Source: Nemertoderma westbladi (Eukaryota > Animalia > Xenacoelomorpha). From it: a stretch of DNA of 64,000 nucleotides. A model generated the notes under the pieces. That model had not been told where the DNA came from, did not search any database, and saw only the letters and a program-made list of their open reading frames with translations. This document shows, one piece after another, positions 56,801 through 64,000 of the stretch. Position numbers and translations under genes: made by a program. The first letter of the stretch is position 1; each line of letters opens with the position of its first letter. Where the stretch lies: positions 62,001 through 126,000 of the forward strand of contig JAUCBJ010001416.1 of assembly GCA_032718475.1 (NCBI GenBank), read 5' to 3'.

Positions 56801-57801
56801 TCTCCTAGGAATCGCTGATAGTCGGACAGATATATGTCGATGGCGTCTCTCGTTCGTGGTCTCTCTGCAGTCTCTTCGCCTTCCACTTGAGAAAGGGTGG
56901 CATCGGTTGGTTCTTCATAGGTTAGTCTCTCAGACAGCTGGGATTTCCACTGGTCCGTTTCTTGTACTTTGAGACCTACCCGCTGGAACCAAGTTTTGAC
57001 AGCAACCTGCAGCGACGTGTCCTGTCTTCTTTTGGAAGTTTCCTCAAAGGCTGATAGGATTAGTCTAATGCGTAGGGTTCTTTCGCGTACTTGATATAGC
57101 AGCTCTTCCTGCTCTTGAGGTCCTTGGGGTTGTCGAAACAGTTGTTCTTCCAATCGCTCCAAGGAGCCGAAGAATCCCTGCACATATCCTGCTGCCGACC
57201 TCTTCCAAACAGCTGGGTCCATTGTATCTTTAGTCACTCCCATCCTGTGTATATCTTCCCAAGTAGCCTCGGACAAATCTAACGGGAGTCCGGGTCCGGG
57301 AAAGTTCCATTGTGACTCGACAATAGACTTCAATTCTTCCCTGGCGTATCCCGCATAATTATCTTGGGTCGCTCGCTTACTTCTCGCCCAATCGGCTTGA
57401 TGTTCCTCCACCGCAATCAATATAGTAGTTAGCACTGCGGCAGGAAGGGTGAGAAGGGGATCCGAGTAGGCTGTAGCCGCCATCTGCAATCCGCGTTCGG
57501 GGGTCAGCTCGACAGTATCCGAACTACTGGAGCTATCGGATCGCTGGGAACAAGTTTCTTGACTAGGCTGTTGCTGCTGTGGGACAGCTGCTTCCTGGTT
57601 CCGTTTGACTTGGGCCCGAGTGCCGATGATAGACCTACGGTGTTGGATTAGCTTAGGGTCTGATACTACTACTGGAGGGATGACCTTTCTTTCAGTGGGA
57701 GGTGAGCTGAACTCCTTTCTTAATCGCTCCACACTCCTATCTGTGTCACAGATGGTTGTATCGATTAGACTGTCTGACAGGTTTTGCTGAGTGTCAGACA
57801 T
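53845..57801 (-). CDS. BEL Gag plus protease, 1318 aa, out of frame with Pol
   Basis: Long N-terminal coiled coil with AEAERKAA repeats; KFNGDEMKWLPF; CALCDGTH..C, CYNCLRPGH..C, CAKCSAKHHILLH; protease ALLDSGSTGTFI. Confidence 0.88.
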   Translation of the reverse strand: MSDTQQNLSDSLIDTTICDTDRSVERLRKEFSSPPTERKVIPPVVVSDPKLIQHRRSIIGTRAQVKRNQEAAVPQQQQPSQETCSQRSDSSSSSDTVELTPERGLQMAATAYSDPLLTLPAAVLTTILIAVEEHQADWARSKRATQDNYAGYAREELKSIVESQWNFPGPGLPLDLSEATWEDIHRMGVTKDTMDPAVWKRSAAGYVQGFFGSLERLEEQLFRQPQGPQEQEELLYQVRERTLRIRLILSAFEETSKRRQDTSLQVAVKTWFQRVGLKVQETDQWKSQLSERLTYEEPTDATLSQVEGEETAERPRTRDAIDIYLSDYQRFLGDEELRRRLSGLSPNSEGTQRVLDSIDAEMLAANQAEFDEKLRLTRVQEELVKKRRIEDRKAAAVTAAMAEVKAERKAAAAEAEAERKVTAAMAEVEAERKAAAAEAEAERKAAKAVAEAERRASEETTQLELENLQETQDNINKQLTASQLQMNRRSTPKRQGYTSLEESETTDPEGGGNRSRLSRRRKTSYRHKLPDLPPAVRRQLASTDLSSIEPTDQIIKVKKLPTIVDEPEIIRPVVPKVTPVLETPVLPELNSKFPLHSTTLPVPGRTVHENIPVLEAEREIKDLSPVVPRQPATMLATPASAVEWVEEGRRGMNLLLGQMQETVHQLKGTVRGGKAELQEVQHSIALERDKLVNIQKGIPIPPVKLCQPVRSEVLHAQGVEPTRIYTASEVETPIANPVKGDYRPVVNDIPYRPDNDPRNLYTDNSILNNTMAQESFTRQMARTEARQAVKVGEIVKFNGDEMKWLPFNEYYKDSIQNSVLSNGEKLRFLIKCLEGPPKLMALKFIGHPEGLRQVWDTLNIRYGNKDNIAKYLYAKLVAPRNFLSSGIIEFSDEIQEICRQLDWLGKSHEYQSSMVIGAVVSTLSKGGVCTRWDKKVLYMNEQQRRSPTMADLMSFLDGEVKLQLIKQSREKTSENKLSEKPASRRRVTPVCYTDDGESQASQEEDSGKDTDRSYYVEKTSKDVSKYKARNNDRREQVAKTPPQSPNRMHRRKPEERTRVHQVTQGKVSNIKPNCALCDGTHRLSACAEFLKKSLVDRRAVVWDKRLCYNCLRPGHQRRTCYSDIKCAKCSAKHHILLHSEFDRDNPGQVSEPELHVQFSDVNDTDQESEMEGFYTDEFSDANESCYLINTAVYRALTYEKDTNNEFPPTTFDRQPSWKAPTSNVGIREFPVVQVRVHGLNNSYIVNALLDSGSTGTFIDQELAEDIFAGQPKFRTKLNMSGIMQVWKSTLTADYYVGVLSTPQDKLGAQGIRSVKWWL

Positions 57802-59139
57802 GTTTAGCTATACGGTTGAATGCCTACTGCTATAGTTACAGTTAAAACAAGTCTAGTAATTCAGTATGACCGTTGGCCTAGTGCCGGTAATTTATTACAG
57901 TATATTAGAATACCGGTATACACTTATAGTATATATAAGTATTGTAAACTAGGTTTGTCACAGAGTACCGGTATATAATTTTAGCACAAATATATATAAA
58001 TATATAATAGGCCTATTGTGAATACCGGTATGCAGCTTACACTTATAGTATATATAAGTATAATTATGAACTAGAATTAATTACAGAATACCGGTATGAT
58101 TTCAGCTCAAATTTATACAAATAAATATAATAAGCCTATGGTAAATACCGGTATGTCAATTATTTTAGAATAATTGAATTTCTGAATATTTTAGGGTTAC
58201 TTGGTTACTTTAACTTACTTTATTACCGTTATTTAAGCAGTTGTCCAACTGATATTGAGACCTAGTTGTTGTATGGCAGGCCTACTATTTATAAATCGTT
58301 TGAGTTGATTTATAATAGATATATTCCCGTTTAAAAAGGGGTTTTATCAATATTTGAAATAAATGTTATTATTTCTGGGGGAGTCACTACACAGAAGCTG
58401 TGCGCTCTCAGTGAAGTGCTACCTATGGGACACTAAAACAGATAATTCTAATTTACCTAAGTTACTTAATACTACAAATTACTTACGATACGGGTGAGAT
58501 TAAATCTCTAATTAAACACAACAAAAATATTACGTACGAAATTTTAGGGTAATTTTACAGGAAGTCTACAAACCAGTCTAACAAAGGGTTAGAATTCTGG
58601 TTATTACAACGGACAGGGTACTACGGTATTTGAAAATAATAAGTAGTAGTAAATACACTGCGTTGTCCAGATAGGAAAATACCACCGCCTGACGACCTAT
58701 AACCGTATCGCTATAGGTACTACGTTATGTATCACGGAGTGTTCCTACCTAGAAGTTAATTACCGCGGACTACCAGATCCAGCGTGCCTATTAACCACTT
58801 TACAACACAAAATATACTGCCTACACACTAATTACCTCGGAAAGCACTGTACACTAAACCCTAAATTAGGTACAAGTACTGGTACAACAAATAATCAGTA
58901 GTTAAATATACTTGAACAGTTAAAAGAACCACGGCATCTGCTGGAGTGACCGAAGCACAAAGTCACCAGTCTTTTCCTACGCCAAGCAGCCCGTGTAGTA
59001 CCGGGGTTAATTTAACTATAACGGTATGTGTAACAAACACAATTACTGTAGGAATAAACTTGGGGACATGAATGTTGCGAATAATCGCATAAACTCTGAA
59101 TAATAAATATTACGCTACCCGTACAGAATACTCAAACAA

Positions 59140-59615
59140 ATACAAACCAAAACGCTGGCAGACTACCACCAAGCCTAAATAAACTACTGTATGTGCAGAT
59201 TCCAAAATGGTTAGTTAGTATGCGTTCTAACACGGTAGTACGACTTATTCTTTAAGAGGGGATTGACCTTACAGCTATGGCTGCCCCAACTTACTAACTG
59301 GCACTTTATCAGACAAACTCTACACAAGCAGCAATCTATTCAGACCTAATAATAGCTAAACAACAATCCAGCCTACAAAATATCTGAGTAATAACTATTA
59401 CGGTACCTGAACAGACCACACAAACAAACACAGGCCAAAACGTTGGCAGAATACTGTCAAGCCTAAATAAACTACAGTATGTGCAGATTCCAAATTGGTT
59501 AGTTAGTATGCGTTCTAACACGGTAGTACGACTTATTCTTTAAGAGGGGATTGACCTTACAGCTATGGCTGCCCCAACTTACTAACTGGCACTCTATCGG
59601 ACAAACTCTACACAC
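59140..59615. repeat. ~190-bp direct repeat with ~289-bp period in the BEL 5' leader
   Basis: CAAGCCTAAATAAACTAC...GGGGATTGACCTTACAGCTATGGCTGCCCCAACTTACTAACTGGCACT occurs twice. Confidence 0.85.
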
Positions 59616-59847
59616 GCCGCAATCTCTCCAAACCCAACAACAATCCGACAACAGTCCGGCCTACAGTTATCTGAACAATCTGAGCAGACTTACACGTCTT
59701 CAGCTCAATATTAACTTACTAGGAAATAAAACTGACAGAAATAGACCTAAGTAAAATCCCAATAAAAACCAGGCGTCCCCGATTTAATATCGAGACCTAC
59801 CGGTATACAATAATCAAAATCGAATAATACTAATGTACTTATACTGG

Positions 59848-59972
59848 AAGTACCGGTTAGGACAGTTGGGCCTACGGACCTACAGAAGTACCGGTTCTGG
59901 CAGTTGGACCTACGGACCTACAGCAGTACCGGTTCTGGCAGTTGGGCCTACTGACCTACAGAAGTACCGGTT
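59848..59972. repeat. ~38-bp tandem repeat (3+ units) near the BEL 5' LTR
   Basis: AGTACCGGTTCTGGCAGTTGG(A/G)CCTAC(G/T)GACCTACAG. Confidence 0.8.
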
Positions 59973-60038
59973 CAGGTTTACCGGTCGACCGGTACTTTCA
60001 ACTTTATTGCTTACTGCAATAAAGTCAATAACTGTTAT

Positions 60039-61311
60039 TGTACGCGCTTTTGAAGACCTTTAGCAGTTTAACCTGCCAAAATTTATATGTCTTTTGGTTT
60101 ACAAATAGACTTTAGAAGTTGACAAATATTTAATACCAATAAACACAACATTAGCAGAAGCCAGCCTAGTGCGCGTCCATTCACCCGCTGGATATACCCG
60201 GGAGACTGGATTCTGAGGGCTTAGATTATTATTGCAGTGTAAGCTTACTGTATTATTCGATTGATCGTTAATAAAGAATTTCTGACTAATATTATTCACT
60301 TTCGGGAAATATTAACAGTTCCTTTAGGACGTGGCGCTCTATCTAGGTAAACAGAGATATGACTTATACTAATCACAACGGCAAGTCGGTAAGGCTTATG
60401 ATTCACGTATGAGGCGCATTCTTTAGGAAATGCTTAGTTATCAGTCACAATCATGCACACTACCGGTAACACACAATACTGCTCACTAATTTGCCGACCG
60501 TCAATGAATTTTATCATATATAAAGCGAACAGCAATTGACTCATGTAGTGCTTATGAAATAGCATTAAATTCACTACAAACAACAACAATATAAGTCGCA
60601 ATCGCTATATATAACCCGTCTCTCTAACCTGTAGTGTATCAAGAAAATTGGGAAATTTGGGTTCTTTATAAATGTTCTCCAAATAATATTCAACCAACTA
60701 GATAGAAAAACACAACAGTAAAGCATTAAGACGGTAGGTTAAGATATGATATGTTATGAATTGAACTGATATGAACCGATATGTGATATGATATGTTAAG
60801 ATAACAGTTATACGCTCTATAATTTAAGCCTACTAATGTTTCTTCTAAAGTATGAAAACGAGTTGACTCTAGAGCCGATGTTCCTGGCCTAGATAGAAAC
60901 AACACAACAGTATCAAGAAAAAACAGTAAGACTGAACACTCCTAGTATCATCGGCCGAATATCTCCACATCGACAGAAAAAATCGCTCTGATTGGCTTAA
61001 GCTAAACAAAGAACCATGTGTCCAATGGCCGTTTCCATGTCAGCAACCAGCTGTTAGATGTCGCAATCTGAATCATCAAGGCTAAGCTGTGTAAGGGTAT
61101 TTGGTGCATTGCGGGTTTTTTGCCTTACCATGCCCTCCAAAGCACGTATATAGAAGAATGACTTTTATGTCCGTTAAAACACCTATAACGGTACCTTGCG
61201 GGCGAGGGGGACATATATATAGTTAGAGAGCCTTTTAGAGTATTCCAGCGCCTGGGGGGAAACTGGATTGCGAAGCAAAAGGGCCAGTTATATCCCACAG
61301 AAGCTTTTACA
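60039..61311 (-). repeat. BEL 5' LTR (1273 bp)
   Basis: Direct repeat of 48492-49765. The minus strand has a CCAAT near 60995 and an initiator-like TTCAGTC near 60936. Confidence 0.96.
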
Positions 61312-61829
61312 GGGGCTATGTTTAATCAAGTCTTATCAATGTCAACCAGTCGAGATGTACTGTAGAATCATCTTTAACATTCTCAATATCAGCAAACCTG
61401 GATTCCATCTCTAATCTTAATGTGCAAATGAGAATACATCTGATTGCGAATGAGATTAATTATTTGAAGCGGATAACAACAATTGCAATTCAACAACTTC
61501 CTATTACAGGTCATCTTTATCTTTTTCCAGCTTGGCAATATAGACGGCCTACCAGCGCAAACATCACAGATAAAACCGTTTGAGTAGATGTTGTTGTCCT
61601 CCTTAGCTATCTGAACTTCAAGCACTACAGTAAGTTTTTAGTTTATTAATTATTTACTATTTATACTGTAATTACGTTTTATAATAAATTGTTCTGTACA
61701 TTACATCTTTATCGATGAGTCGGACATTGTCACGCTCTCGGTAAAGCTGTACATGTACATAGTGTAATTACGTTTTATATTGGTTTTAGGTTAGCGTAGT
61801 GTAATATTGTATTTGTAACCAAGTAACAT

Positions 61830-61973
61830 AAAGGACCCCCTTGGAAATAAGCTGCAAAGCTTTAGGGGTAATCCTATATTGTTATGTTGGACAATACCTT
61901 TATACCGGTACATTGTTTGGTGTATTTGTTATTGTTTTTACATAATGTATAAATAAATATATCTATCTACTGC
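61830..61973 (+). mobile_element. Possible 3' end of a CR1/L2-type LINE or SINE
   Basis: Hairpin-like GGACCCCTTGGAAATAAG..AGGGGTAATCC followed by AATAAA and an (ATCT)n tail. Confidence 0.3.
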
Positions 61974-64000
61974 ATAGGTTTACGGGGATCTGACCTACCG
62001 GATCGGTATTGATCTCCCCCCCCCCCCCCGCTTGGTGTTGGGCCCTTTAGAGTGGTGCAATTTGTACTTTGTGCTATAAGGTGTTTTATATCTACTATAT
62101 TTGGCTAATATACTAATTTAATTTTTTATTATCTATCTACTGCCTGTTTTTTTTAGTTGACACTTTTTGAGCCAGTACCACTTAAGTGTATTTATTCTTA
62201 CCAAGAATACCAACCCCATTAATTGACAAGCCATCTTAATATTTTTAGATTTTTAAATTTTAGATTTAGTAGTAGATTTTGAGTATATAGTGGATCTCTG
62301 TTTGTCGCGATTCATGATAAACTGCTGGATAGTATATCAAACAAGATCTCAAGTAATAATTAATATCAAATAATACAAATTTCAATTGTAAGACGTAAGT
62401 ATTGATTTCTAAAATGTTGTCCTGACCAAGCAGCCAAATAAATAGTATGTACCAGAATTATACTGATACATTCATAGAGCAGTATTCTGATCTGGAATAA
62501 TTCATATCCAGACATCATGTTTACGTACTTCCAGCTCCACTGTTGAGTTCAATCAATTTATCTTAACACTTGGTTTATTAAACTGCAGGTGAACCGACAA
62601 TAAACAATAAAGTTTGTAGGCAGAAGCTGATTACAAATCAGACTATCCCTGTAATGGGTTAGCAGTTAAATTTTTAATCAGCAGTGTAAAATTTTTGTAA
62701 AATGTCACAGTATAACTTTCTGAGACAGGGGGAGAGGGGGGGAACTGGACGCAAACCCGCCTTGGCGAATTAATATCCCGTCTCAATGTTAAATTCTCAA
62801 TTTAGGGAAAGGAGCAGGTTACAGTGGCACGTTATTTTAACCAAAACAATAAACTACACACAATAGAACAGGTTACAGTTTGATTTTTGAGAGTAATCAG
62901 CTGTTATTTGCGTCGAATTTCCCCTGGAGAGGGATGAATTTTTATTCCGTCCAGTTTCCCCCCCTATCTGAACGTTCTAGCAATTTTCTTCACTACTTCT
63001 GAACGAAATGAATTAAACATTAAAGAAAATTACCTCGGCCACCGCAAACTACTGTAGTACAGTATGATGTATAATATTTTAATCATAGTCATAAAAAATA
63101 AAACAGCAAAAATTAATTGCAAATTAAATTATAGACCAACAGCCATTGAGAGTTTGTCGAAACTGGTAATAATTATTAATTATTCATAATAATATTATAT
63201 AATCAAATCTATCTACACTACATATTCAATTTGCATTATTAGAAAACTTGGAATTGATACGTGTGTGTATACTACATGTTATTCTTTAAAAGGGGTGCTT
63301 TAGAATTATAAACAATTGTTGATTACTTTTCTTGACACTTCTTAACAGCTGATGAACATAGTAAACGTTTAAAATACAGATATATAAAATGGTAAAATAA
63401 CCCACTACCCATGAGTAAAATATCCTTGTAAACTGTCCTCAACACCACCGTTGTACTGAGTTGTATCAACGACTAAGCAATAATAATGGAAAGTAAGTTT
63501 AGAGTGACAAGTCTAATACACCATGTCATGTACTTAGTATAGGGACTTTAACCCCCCCCCCCCCCCCCTCCCCCCCAAAAAAAATTATAAAAATCTTCAT
63601 GAATTCATTCTTTAGTTACAAGTGTCGCCACAATGTCACAAAAATGTGTCGCCAGTATTCACCAGTCAGTCTTACTTAAGCTGTTACACATCTTTACATT
63701 CTTCATTATATAGGCCTAATATAATAGCTATTTAATTGCTTGCTTGCTTACAATAATGGTTTGCACCAAGCAAGCAAATTAAATCAACTTATAAATTATG
63801 AAGGGGGTGTTTTATATATTGGGGCGGGTACGGGGGCGGGGGCGGGGGCGGGGGGGGGGGGGCTTTGCTTTAGTGTATTAGTTATTTATTCTATATCTGT
63901 ATATTATCGACCTGCTGCATTGCAGCTACGCCGGCTCATCCAGAAAATTGTGCCGCCACGACGCCCATGACTTTCGCGAGATTATCCGCATCGCATCTTC

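Larger units (their letters stand above)
48492..61311 (-). mobile_element. Young BEL/Pao LTR retrotransposon (12.8 kb), integrase core replaced by an accessory CCHC module
   Basis: LTRs 48492-49765 and 60039-61311 (TG...CA, only about 5-6 differences seen). 5-bp TSD GGGGC at 48487-48491 and 61312-61316. Short PPT-like GGGAGCGG before the 3' LTR. Confidence 0.96.

Noticed and set aside
61960-62143. 14-bp direct repeat TATCTATCTACTGC flanking ~156 bp
   Set aside because: Could be a TSD but is low-complexity, and the insert has no diagnostic features.

Overview
Repeat-rich eukaryotic (most likely invertebrate animal) genomic DNA, not prokaryotic. Only two clear host genes are present: an intronless MRPS34 and an intronless THADA/Trm732, tightly linked on the minus strand 67 bp apart. 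The rest is mostly transposable elements: (1) a Gypsy (Mag-like) LTR element with an intact gag-pol ORF; (2) a young 12.8-kb BEL/Pao element with 1.27-kb near-identical LTRs and a GGGGC target-site duplication (TSD); (3) a decayed second BEL element and further BEL remnants; (4) an IS3EU-like DNA transposon end carrying a HECT E3 ligase ORF; (5) piggyBac-, hAT- and MULE-type non-autonomous elements; (6) an RTE LINE fragment; (7) a 7-kb array of a ~29-bp satellite. The most interesting signal is a BEL-associated accessory ORF downstream of integrase (DEDDy 3'-5' exonuclease plus a tandem CCHC module, with a conserved QPGTSTG..PSD..LHPS/basic tail). Pieces of it appear at three separate places in the window, and in the young BEL copy it is fused in frame in place of the integrase catalytic core. 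All calls come from reading motifs by eye; no searches were run.
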